A DNA stretch of 48,892 bases, from assembly GCA_048941015.1 (NCBI GenBank), contig JBHLNZ010000018.1, positions 1 to 48,892 of the forward strand, written 5' to 3'. The DNA comes from Promethearchaeota archaeon. Lineage in GTDB: Archaea; Asgardarchaeota; Lokiarchaeia; Sigyniarchaeales; SOKP01. Both the position numbers and the translations under genes were made by a program. Shown piece by piece: positions 1 through 8,617 of the stretch. The notes beneath the pieces are model-generated. The model worked only from the letters and a program-made list of their open reading frames with translations, ran no database searches and was not told where the DNA came from. Positions within the stretch are counted from its first letter, which is position 1. Each line of letters starts with the position of its first letter.

Positions 1-233
1 TAAGTCGCTTTTGCATTTCCAGGTTTTACAGGACAACACATAGCATAAGATCCAACATAGACAGTACTATCAGTTTCGCCCTTAATAAAGAACGAATCAT
101 CGTGTATTTTTAGTTTGATTGTATCTTTTTCTACACCGGGTAATGTAATTTCAATATGATAATTATCATTTTCATCGTCAGCCCAGGCACATATCTCAGG
201 TGACATTACAAATTTTTCTTTTACTTCTGTCAT
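1..233 (-). CDS. Hsp20/alpha-crystallin small heat-shock protein (3' end runs off the window)
   Basis: Manual translation from ATG at 233: MTEVKEKFVMSPEICAWADDENDNYHIEITLPGVEKDTIKLKIHDDSFFIKGE...; 'LPGV.K..I' alpha-crystallin motif; SD TGAGGTG at 241-247. Not in ORF track. Confidence 0.85.
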   Translation of the reverse strand, partial: MTEVKEKFVMSPEICAWADDENDNYHIEITLPGVEKDTIKLKIHDDSFFIKGETDSTVYVGSYAMCCPVKPGNAKAT

Positions 234-269
234 AAAATTTCACCTCATTTTTTAAAATAATACAAATTT

Positions 270-281
270 TGTTCTAGAACA
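270..281. promoter_or_regulatory. Perfect 12-bp palindrome TGTTCTAGAACA upstream of hsp20, candidate operator
   Basis: Palindrome read directly; lies between a minus-strand TTTATAT box (316-322) and the hsp20 SD/start. Confidence 0.4.
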
Positions 282-386
282 GCTAATTAGGAATTTTAAA
301 AGTTAGTTTAATGAAATATAAAGAATTTAACGAATTTTCATTTTAAAGCAAATTGCAATTAATAAAGATTTTTAAAATATAAGCGA

Positions 387-1055
387 TTAAAAATCTAATA
401 AAGGAACGTCCCCATTATAGTAAAGCATACTTCCATCGAAACTAATTTGAGCAGTTATTATTGATATGTCCCTTTTTCTTGCCTCTATTAACTTATTTGA
501 AAATTTTGGATCAGTCTTGTAGTTTGGACCAAATTTAAACGAATTTCGGAATATCAGAAAAAGCAGTTTTCCGTTATGGTTAATAATTTCTTGAACATGC
601 CTTGTTCCACGCTCAGTTGGGGCGTCAGGGAATAAAGCAATTCCATTTTTAACGAGAGTAACCCCTTTCACTTCTAATGGTACCCCATCTAAGAGAAAAT
701 CTATTCTACTTTTCCCTATTGATACTTCTTTTTTGATTTCTTTAATTTTTGAAAATTCTGGCAAATATTCAAACAATTTTAATGCGATTTTTGAATGAAG
801 AGAGGTGTCAATTAAAACCCATTCATTATCACATTTTACTGCTTTCACATAATATTTCAGTTTTCCTTTAGATGAAGTAAATAAAATTTCTTTTCCAGGT
901 ATCAATAATTCTTTTAATCGTCCAGGATCGTGTATATGTGCTAATTCATTCATATTTTTATATTTTATTCTACTTACAAATCTATTCGGCCGATCCAAAA
1001 AAATCCCTTTTTTTAATTCAGGGATTTTAAAAATTGGAAATTTAATTGAAGACAT
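387..1055 (-). CDS. sfsA: SfsA-family DNA/RNA nuclease (sugar fermentation stimulation protein)
   Basis: RPNRF, H..DPGRL.ELL.PG, SRIDFLL, EVKGVTL, FPDAPTERG.RH motifs. Confidence 0.93.
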   Translation of the reverse strand: MSSIKFPIFKIPELKKGIFLDRPNRFVSRIKYKNMNELAHIHDPGRLKELLIPGKEILFTSSKGKLKYYVKAVKCDNEWVLIDTSLHSKIALKLFEYLPEFSKIKEIKKEVSIGKSRIDFLLDGVPLEVKGVTLVKNGIALFPDAPTERGTRHVQEIINHNGKLLFLIFRNSFKFGPNYKTDPKFSNKLIEARKRDISIITAQISFDGSMLYYNGDVPLLDF

Positions 1056-1167
1056 AATAATAATTGAGACTCAAAATTTGAGGATAAATATTGTACAAGA
1101 AATTAATATCATTTTATTATTTTCTATAAACTTAATAGATAAAAGTCTTAGCTATTTATTTACAATT

Positions 1168-1407
1168 ATGAGCGACGCTAAAAATGAAACTTGCGTCGAA
1201 AGCTATAAGTTTCATCACATAGATATAAGTAAATGTAAAGAATGTAAGGAATTTTCCTGCGAAGATGCGTGTTTCAGGGGGATTTATGAAGTTATTAATA
1301 AGAATTCTGAACCAAGATGCGTCGTGATTGAAGATCGAGAAGATCGTTGCATTAAATGCCATATTTGTACGACTGCTTGTGCTAAAAAAGCGATATTAAT
1401 TGATTAA
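1168..1407 (+). CDS. 4Fe-4S dicluster ferredoxin-like protein
   Basis: CKECKEFSCEDAC and CIKCHICTTAC clusters; ATG at 1168 preferred over the upstream TTG at 1078. Confidence 0.85.
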   Translation: MSDAKNETCVESYKFHHIDISKCKECKEFSCEDACFRGIYEVINKNSEPRCVVIEDREDRCIKCHICTTACAKKAILID

Positions 1408-1502
1408 TTATCTAAAATTATTCAATAAATCTTAATCAAAGTCTAATTTTTATATTGAAGAAATTATTATTTAATAATAGTATAAAATTATGGGGTTATT
1501 AA

Positions 1503-2042
1503 ATGATCTCTGAAAAATTAAAGTTAGATGATATCGATCGTCAAATAATAAGCTTAGTACAGGAAGATCCAAATCTTACTCATACTCAAATTGCTGAAAA
1601 GATAGATAGAAGCCAACCAACGGTCGGTATGCGTATAAAGAAGCTTGAAAAGGCAGGTGTATTACAATTTCAGCCGGGTATTAACTTCAAGGTTGTAGAT
1701 TTATTCCTGGCTACTGTAGAAATCAATACCAAAAATCCTCAAGAAGTTTTAGATATGGCTTCTTGCTGTCCCTTTATGCTTAACGCGTTTCGTTTAAGTG
1801 GTGGACACAATATATGCATTTTATTAGCAAGTTCTAAATTACAGAAATTAGATGCTATTATTAATTATCACTTTCGCAAAAATCCAGATATAACCGCTGT
1901 ATCCTTGGAAGTTGTTACTGATATAGCTAAGGATTTTATTTTACCCGTAGATTTTGACAGTGAAAACCATGAGCCTAACGAGGAAGAAGGTTGCGGAGAA
2001 AAGTGTAAGTATTTACTAGCTAAAAAGATGGGCAAGTTTTAA
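1503..2042 (+). CDS. Lrp/AsnC family transcriptional regulator
   Basis: LDDIDRQII..L..DP HTH, RAM domain (AFRLSGGHN); C-terminal CGEKC tail. Confidence 0.92.
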   Translation: MISEKLKLDDIDRQIISLVQEDPNLTHTQIAEKIDRSQPTVGMRIKKLEKAGVLQFQPGINFKVVDLFLATVEINTKNPQEVLDMASCCPFMLNAFRLSGGHNICILLASSKLQKLDAIINYHFRKNPDITAVSLEVVTDIAKDFILPVDFDSENHEPNEEEGCGEKCKYLLAKKMGKF

Positions 2043-2101
2043 ATACTCTTAATATATTCTGAGTTATCAATTAAACCCTAAGGAAATAAAAAAAGTAAGA
2101 T

Positions 2102-2671
2102 CTATTCTTCTTCTTCAGCTTCATCGAATTGATATTTAGGAAGATTTGGGTTTAGATTACAATCGGGACCACAACTAGATGAATAAAAGTCAAACCTTTC
2201 AATTTTAAAGTCAATAGGTACAACGAAATCATGTATGGATTCAATCAGTATATTAGTTTTGACATTAATTACGTTTGGATCTTTTCGGAAACATATATCC
2301 ACTAATTTCTCAATTGTCTGTAAATCAGAAGCAGCAATGAAGCATAACAAATTGAATTCTCCAGAGATTTTGAATGCATGGTTTATAAAAGGACAATTTC
2401 TAACTTTTTCTACAATACTTTCGACATCTTTAGTTGATATAAAGACAATTGCTGTTTTGATATCAACTTTTTTAATATTAAAACCAACTTGTTTTGTTAA
2501 GAGGTTTTTGCGTTCCAATTTTATAATTCTGGCACCCACAGCAGGTTGAGATTTTTCAATTTCTCTCGCAATCTCACTATGAGTAATATCAGGGTCTTTT
2601 TCAATCATTTGGATGATTTTATAATCATCATCATCTATATCCAATAATTCTTTAAAGGTTTTTTTTATCAT
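2102..2671 (-). CDS. Lrp/AsnC family transcriptional regulator (paralog of 1503..2042)
   Basis: IDDDDYKII..I..DP HTH, SQPAVGARI, AFKISGEFN; C-terminal CGPDC tail. Confidence 0.92.
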   Translation of the reverse strand: MIKKTFKELLDIDDDDYKIIQMIEKDPDITHSEIAREIEKSQPAVGARIIKLERKNLLTKQVGFNIKKVDIKTAIVFISTKDVESIVEKVRNCPFINHAFKISGEFNLLCFIAASDLQTIEKLVDICFRKDPNVINVKTNILIESIHDFVVPIDFKIERFDFYSSSCGPDCNLNPNLPKYQFDEAEEEE

Positions 2672-2851
2672 ATTCTTGTACCTAGAGATGCTATTTTAAT
2701 TTAAATTTTATTTCTATGAATATAAAATTTAAGTGTGGTTAATATTAAAAATTATGAATAGTTTTGATTATGGGATTTTATTTTATAAATTATTTATAGA
2801 AATATTGTTAAATGATATAAGTTTTGACTTTATATTTTGTTTTTTTATTTT

Positions 2852-3835
2852 TTACAAAAAACTAGTAAATATTTGGAGAAAGAAAATAATTATAGTATAT
2901 CCAACAAATCCCAGAATAAAGTAAAGCGGTTTCCCTTTTTCCTTTTCTGGAATTACTTCACGAACAATAGTATATAAAATTACTCCTGAAATGAAAGAAT
3001 ATAATACGTAAAAAACTTCTAAATCAAATGGATTTATTGGAAAAATAAATTCAAAAAATAGTTCAATAAAAATTCCTAATAAAACACCACTTGCTAAGAT
3101 ATATTTTTTAACTTTATTATCGGCGATATCTGTTTTATCATAAATCTCTAAGTCTGTAAATATAATATGGGTCTCAGATCTATTTGTTATAATGGCTCTA
3201 GACCAAGCAAATATAAAGAACAGAATACCAGATATGAATTCAATTGAAAGTAAACCTGCTAATATGATTCCTACAAGCAAATGATATATAAAATTTGTAA
3301 AAAATCGCAATCTTGATAAATCTTCACTAATACGATTTTGAATTTTAATTTTATAACGATTTATTTCACTTAGCATTTCTTCTTCCTGTTGATTTAAGTT
3401 CGAAATTGTTTGAGCAATATCTCTTACCGCAGATTCATCTAAACTGTCGTTAGTTAGTTCTTTCGTTAATATTTTTTCGATATTTCTCTCAACTTCTTCC
3501 AGTGTTTTCTCTTTTTGTACTAATTTACGCATTCTTTTCTGAGACTTTGCTTCTACTTTCTGAAGGATTAATTTTTCTGATATGTGGACAAAAGAAAAAC
3601 CAATTACCACAAAAAGATATTCAAAAATTACAATTTCAAAGGGATAGACTGGAATACCTATTGCAACCTCTGGAAGCAAAACAAGAAAAAAGTATGATAA
3701 TGAAATTCCAGCTATTAAAGAAATATGGAGTCTAGGATGTTTATGTTCATAAAAATCAGCGATAAAGAAAAAAATACCAAAGACCAAGGATATTATCGCT
3801 ACAATTAAAAAATTCTCAATCATTATTATTCTCAA
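2852..3835 (-). CDS. ZIP-transporter-like membrane protein with cytoplasmic coiled-coil insertion
   Basis: About 7-8 hydrophobic segments; AGISLSYFFLVLLPE and SGVILYTIVREVIPE resemble ZIP TM2/TM7 motifs; charged helical insert of about 85 aa after TM3. Confidence 0.55.
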   Translation of the reverse strand: MRIIMIENFLIVAIISLVFGIFFFIADFYEHKHPRLHISLIAGISLSYFFLVLLPEVAIGIPVYPFEIVIFEYLFVVIGFSFVHISEKLILQKVEAKSQKRMRKLVQKEKTLEEVERNIEKILTKELTNDSLDESAVRDIAQTISNLNQQEEEMLSEINRYKIKIQNRISEDLSRLRFFTNFIYHLLVGIILAGLLSIEFISGILFFIFAWSRAIITNRSETHIIFTDLEIYDKTDIADNKVKKYILASGVLLGIFIELFFEFIFPINPFDLEVFYVLYSFISGVILYTIVREVIPEKEKGKPLYFILGFVGYTIIIFFLQIFTSFL

Positions 3836-3929
3836 GATTGAAGTTTTTAATATAAGGTTTTTGGTAATTTAAATAATTTTTATTTTTATAATTTCATAAT
3901 GACTATCTGAACATTTAAAGTGAAAAATC

Positions 3930-4835
3930 ATGGAATTTCTGATAATAAGTTCAACTGAAGATAAGGCTTCAATGAACATTAGGGATAAATTATTGAATTC
4001 AAACATGTATTCATTTAGTGAGATTGATTTATTTTGGCATGACAAAAGATTATATCAATTTGAGGGTTTTAAAGAAAAGAAAACAAGGAATAACATTTTA
4101 GACCACAATCAAATTTATCTCGGTTTAACTGATGAGCGATTAATTTTTTTGGATAGCTTAAAATTAAATAAATCCAAAATAAATCCAGATTTAGTTATAT
4201 TTGCTAGTCGCCACGTATCTAAAACAGAGAGACCTGCTCTATTAACACATACAACAGGAAATTGGAGTAAAGAAGCTGATTTTGGAGGAGTTCCTTGCGA
4301 TTTATCTTTAACGAGTGCTTTACTCCATAAAGCAGTTTTTATTAGTTTAATAAAAGAATCAAATATACAGAATCTAAAAAAATTTTCAATTGATATTGAA
4401 GTTACTCATCATGGTCCAACATCATTAGAAAAACCTTTAATTTATATAGAACTGGGTAGCAGTAAAGAAGAATGGGGATTTGAAAAAGCAGGTATAGTAT
4501 TAGCAAATGCTATAATAAACAGCATTTATCAGGTATTAGATTTCCAAATAGAAGGAAAGCAAAAAATTGGACTTGGATTTGGGGGTACCCATTATGCTCC
4601 AAATTTTAATCGTATAATTAAAAATAAAGATATTGCGATGTCTTTTATATGCCCTAAATACTTTATTCAAGAGCTTAATAAAGAAATTATCTCATTGATG
4701 ATTAAAAATACTTATGAGAAAATAGATTATTTCATTATCGATTGGAAAGGAACAAATTCCGAGGATAAAAAGCATTTGATTCCAATTTTAGAAGGTTTTA
4801 ATATACCTATTAAAAAAACTAAAGAATTCGACTGA
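3930..4835 (+). CDS. dtdA: Archaeal D-aminoacyl-tRNA deacylase (DTD2)
   Basis: S..D.AS.NI, FASRH.S, L..HTTGN, EVTHHGPT, ELGS, GFGGTHYAP motifs. Confidence 0.93.
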   Translation: MEFLIISSTEDKASMNIRDKLLNSNMYSFSEIDLFWHDKRLYQFEGFKEKKTRNNILDHNQIYLGLTDERLIFLDSLKLNKSKINPDLVIFASRHVSKTERPALLTHTTGNWSKEADFGGVPCDLSLTSALLHKAVFISLIKESNIQNLKKFSIDIEVTHHGPTSLEKPLIYIELGSSKEEWGFEKAGIVLANAIINSIYQVLDFQIEGKQKIGLGFGGTHYAPNFNRIIKNKDIAMSFICPKYFIQELNKEIISLMIKNTYEKIDYFIIDWKGTNSEDKKHLIPILEGFNIPIKKTKEFD

Positions 4836-4846
4836 GCCTACTTTAA

Positions 4847-5704
4847 TTATTTAAATCGTTCATAGTATTGAATTAAATTTTTAAAAACGTAATGAGATGC
4901 TATATAACCTTGAGTTGCTGCTTTTAATAAAACTTTATTTAAAAACTCTGGATCCTTACAATCTTGATCCACAGCGACATTTAATTCTCTAATGTTATAA
5001 TAACTTCTCCAAAAAAGAGTAGGCCATTCAACTAAGGAACGTAATGTTGTTTTATAATAATTTTCCCCTTCTTTACTCAATTCTAATTCTTTAGATAGAC
5101 GATAATATAGATATCTTCCCCGACTAGTTTTGATAATCAAATTATCATTCACAATTTCTTTCATTATTTTTTTCAATTGTGGCAAAGTCAGTTCAATTTT
5201 AATTTTTTTTAAATTATCTAGTATTTCCGTGTCCCGTAATTCTTTAAATTTCATCATTGTATAATTTCTTGCTAAGATATTATACTTTAATGGTACAGTT
5301 TCATGATCTAAAGTATTATATTGAATTAAATCTCCCAATATTTTTTTTGCAACATAATATTTTAAAATTAATTGATCTTCTTTTGAATAATTGTTTTTAA
5401 AAAGTTCAGATTTTTCAAAATAGATATGATAGAGAGTGTGTAAAAGTGTTTTTATTGAATGAAAACCATCTTCAAAGGATTGTTTCACTGTATTTAGTAC
5501 TTCAATTCTATAATTAATATCATTCAAAAATTTATCTTTTTGAACTGTGATTGGTCGGACCAAATGAGGTTTTTGATTTAAACTGCTCAGACATTCTTCC
5601 CATTCTTTATTAAAGCGATATGATTGTGTTTTTGAAATTCCCGAAAGTTTATAGACAACTTCATATAATTTATTTAGAAAAAGTTCTTCATTTACATTCG
5701 TCAT
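4847..5704 (-). CDS. Hypothetical protein (helical, possible winged-helix in C-terminal half)
   Basis: 285-aa ORF with host-like composition; no recognised catalytic motif. Confidence 0.7.
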   Translation of the reverse strand: MTNVNEELFLNKLYEVVYKLSGISKTQSYRFNKEWEECLSSLNQKPHLVRPITVQKDKFLNDINYRIEVLNTVKQSFEDGFHSIKTLLHTLYHIYFEKSELFKNNYSKEDQLILKYYVAKKILGDLIQYNTLDHETVPLKYNILARNYTMMKFKELRDTEILDNLKKIKIELTLPQLKKIMKEIVNDNLIIKTSRGRYLYYRLSKELELSKEGENYYKTTLRSLVEWPTLFWRSYYNIRELNVAVDQDCKDPEFLNKVLLKAATQGYIASHYVFKNLIQYYERFK

Positions 5705-5849
5705 TAAATAGCAACCTTAACCGAATTAGTAAAAATTGTTTCAAATTAATAATTATTAAATACTAAATGTTTTTAAAGTTTCATTAAATAAGTTTAAAAA
5801 AAAAATAATAAGTTAATATTAGATGATAACTAGGTTATAAATTGAAAAA

Positions 5850-6248
5850 ATGTTGTTGGATATGAAGATTGAACATATAGCTATCGCTTGTAAAAATAAA
5901 GCAGAAAGCGATAGATTTTTTATTAATTTACTAGGCTTATCAGAAAAAAGAAAGTTTACTGTTCCAGCAGATCTAATGAAATGTTTCTTTGGTGTTAAGG
6001 AAGAGAAGATTGTAGTAAGGTATGGAAATGATTATTTTGACGTAGAAGTGTTTTTAACTGAAAATGATTCAAGGGCTTTAGATATTTTTACCCATCTATG
6101 TCTAATAATAAAAGATCGTGATAAAATCGTTAATGATGGGATGAAAATGGGGTATGAAATAGCTAAAGTTCCTCGAAAGGATAGTGAGAATTACTACCTA
6201 TTTATTAAAGATAGTTTTGGTAATTTATATGAAATAAAATCACCATAA
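5850..6248 (+). CDS. VOC/glyoxalase family protein
   Basis: IEHIAI...FF..LLGL, THLCL, FIKDSFGNLYEI motifs. Confidence 0.88.
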   Translation: MLLDMKIEHIAIACKNKAESDRFFINLLGLSEKRKFTVPADLMKCFFGVKEEKIVVRYGNDYFDVEVFLTENDSRALDIFTHLCLIIKDRDKIVNDGMKMGYEIAKVPRKDSENYYLFIKDSFGNLYEIKSP

Positions 6249-6343
6249 AGCTTTTTAGAATAAAAATTTATTTAAGAAATAATATTAGGTATAATGTTTT
6301 ACACATTGAATGGAGGCATATTAAAACGCCTAAATCTTACAAA

Positions 6344-7111
6344 TTGAAGATTATATTAGGAGGGGCTAAAGGCGTAGGTAAAACTTCATTCATTAGTGGA
6401 GATGATGGAAATGACTCTCCTATTGGTGTTTCATTTAAACCAATTGAATGTTATGCTAATCAAGGCGATTCTTATAAATTTGTTGTATGGGATTTAAAAG
6501 ATAGAGAAAGATTTCGTTTTCTTTTTCCTTTATTTTGTCGAGGAGCTTGTTCTGGATTGCTTTGTTTTGATTTGTCTAGTAAAAAGTCATTTTATGAGTT
6601 AAATAGCTGGGTAGACCTATTTAGAGAAAGTGCTGGAAACATTCCAATTATTTTAATAGGAACTAAAAACGATTTAAACAAAAGAGCTATTCCTGAGGAA
6701 CAAATCAACAAATTCATTCAAGAGAGAAAGCTTGAATGTGTTTTTTATACATCAATATTTGATGATAGTAATACTAAAGAGGATATATTTAAGAACATTG
6801 TTCAAAAGATTGATAAGGATTATCCAATAAATGATTTTACTATTATCTCCACTCAAAAAGTATTAGATGAAGAATTTAAGAAATTTCTTGATATCTTTGA
6901 TAAATGTCCAATCTGTAAACGGGAAAATCATTTTGAAAGTTTAAAGAACTTTTATTTTAATAAGAGTAATCCTGATATAATAAGATTAAGAGAATCGTTA
7001 TTATATTTAATTGAACACTCAATTAATATTCAGAAGTTACCTATTAATAGAATATCGTTTGGAATACCATGTTGTAATTGCTATAAATCTATTTTCAAAG
7101 AAAATTGTTAA
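6344..7111 (+). CDS. Ras/Rab-like small GTPase (divergent) with C-terminal Cys-rich Zn-binding domain
   Basis: G1 GAKGVGKT, IGVSF, WDLKD..RF, LCFDLS...SF..L..W, IILIGTKND; CPIC...CCNC at the C-terminus. Frame is open upstream, so the start is uncertain. Confidence 0.85.
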   Translation: MKIILGGAKGVGKTSFISGDDGNDSPIGVSFKPIECYANQGDSYKFVVWDLKDRERFRFLFPLFCRGACSGLLCFDLSSKKSFYELNSWVDLFRESAGNIPIILIGTKNDLNKRAIPEEQINKFIQERKLECVFYTSIFDDSNTKEDIFKNIVQKIDKDYPINDFTIISTQKVLDEEFKKFLDIFDKCPICKRENHFESLKNFYFNKSNPDIIRLRESLLYLIEHSINIQKLPINRISFGIPCCNCYKSIFKENC

Positions 7112-7133
7112 TAAAGCAATAGTAAATAGTTGT

Positions 7134-7949
7134 TCAGTCATCCCAAACTTCAGAACTTAATAAATGTTCAATTCGAGTTCTTCGAGGGCGAATAAATTTA
7201 GTATGATTTTCTTTTCTTTCAAGGAGAAGAGCTTTTTCAAGATTGACAGAATTTACCATATATACTTCTAAATCACCCTCATCAAGAAAGATATGATTAA
7301 AACAAGGATTATCATTTGCACGAACTTTCTTGGAAGAAGATGTTCCACAGTATAACAAAGTTGTTGGACCAATAACGTATGCATGAGGGACGTGTCTGTG
7401 ACCCATTAGAACGAGATCTACTTCAAATAATTGAGTTAACTCAAGAATTTCACCCGCATCTCTCACTGTTGTGAACTTTTGGCCGGATAATGGTGGAGAA
7501 ATTAAGTGATGGTGTAGAGCTAAAACTCTATTTTCTAATACTTTATTAAAACATCTTCCCATCCAATCTAATTGTTCATCACCTATCATTCCCTCACTCA
7601 TATCATCTTTAGCGGAACAAACTCCTACAATAATTGTATCCTTTTCTTCTAATACCAACCTAGAACGGCGAGGACCTATAATTTTTTCCCAAAATATTAG
7701 TCCAGAATTTTTTGCATCATGATTTCCTGGAACTGCTACAAATTTTGTAACATTTTTTATTCGATTGAAATACGGCATCACTGCTTTAAATTGGGGAATC
7801 CTACCTTTATGAACAACATCACCAGTACATATTACAACATCAGGCTTTACTTGTTCAATATATTTTACAACATTTTCCATATATTCGTCGACAAACTCTG
7901 ATCCATAATGAAGATCAGATATATGTATAATCTCTACGATTTTGAGCAC
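7134..7949 (-). CDS. Calcineurin-like metallophosphoesterase (CpdA-like)
   Basis: DLH, GD, GNHD, HH, GH.H motifs. Confidence 0.9.
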   Translation of the reverse strand: MLKIVEIIHISDLHYGSEFVDEYMENVVKYIEQVKPDVVICTGDVVHKGRIPQFKAVMPYFNRIKNVTKFVAVPGNHDAKNSGLIFWEKIIGPRRSRLVLEEKDTIIVGVCSAKDDMSEGMIGDEQLDWMGRCFNKVLENRVLALHHHLISPPLSGQKFTTVRDAGEILELTQLFEVDLVLMGHRHVPHAYVIGPTTLLYCGTSSSKKVRANDNPCFNHIFLDEGDLEVYMVNSVNLEKALLLERKENHTKFIRPRRTRIEHLLSSEVWDD

Positions 7950-8105
7950 CTATTTACATTTTTTATTTAGATTTAAGATGATAATCCACTAAAAAATTAA
8001 AAATAATATTATAATAATTAACGATACCTACTTTATAAAAAAAGTTTTTGTTCAAATGGTTTTTTTAAAGATTTATCGAGATTAAAAAAAACAATTTGAT
8101 TCGAT

Positions 8106-8249
8106 TTAAATTTTTAATCTTGAATCACGAGATTCAATAACCTTATTAAGAATTTCAATGTCCCTACAATTTACACAAAAATCCTTTACTTTTAATCTTC
8201 TAATTTGACCACATCCCGGACAATAAAATTCTTGAAAAATTGGTTTCAT
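8106..8249 (-). CDS. Small (47 aa) zinc-ribbon protein
   Basis: Manual translation MKPIFQEFYCPGCGQIRRLKVKDFCVNCRDIEILNKVIESRDSRLKI; CxxC-x11-CxxC; AGGTGA just upstream. Not in ORF track. Confidence 0.65.
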   Translation of the reverse strand: MKPIFQEFYCPGCGQIRRLKVKDFCVNCRDIEILNKVIESRDSRLKI

Positions 8250-8279
8250 TTCACCTTTCACTTCACAGTATTTTAAATT

Positions 8280-8447
8280 CTAAATGGTTAAAAGCTTACT
8301 TAACATCAAAATCTTATTGATATCTTTATCTATTTGAGAAATGACTTTTTTAATAGATCCTTCCAATGGAGTACCAGAAACCGAATGCTTTAATTCTAAG
8401 TATTCATTTTTTTGTTTTAAAAGATTCAATAAGATATACTGAAACAA
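8280..8447 (-). CDS. Small (about 55 aa) helical-hairpin hypothetical protein
   Basis: Manual translation (M)FQYILLNLLKQKNEYLELKHSVSGTPLEGSIKKVISQIDKDINKILMLSKLLTI; purine-rich GAAGGA upstream; tandem with 8106..8249. Start TTG 8447 or ATA 8456. Confidence 0.5.
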   Translation of the reverse strand: MFQYILLNLLKQKNEYLELKHSVSGTPLEGSIKKVISQIDKDINKILMLSKLLTI

Positions 8448-8617
8448 TTTAGATATACATCCTTCTTTTTTCTTTAAATTAATAAAATTATTTTATAGAT
8501 TTAAGCGATTTCGCAATATAATATAAATCTTATATACTCTATATAGATTAAAAAAGTGGCTATATTATAAAATTTAAATAAAATTACAATATCTAATATT
8601 TTCGTCTTAAATCTATA

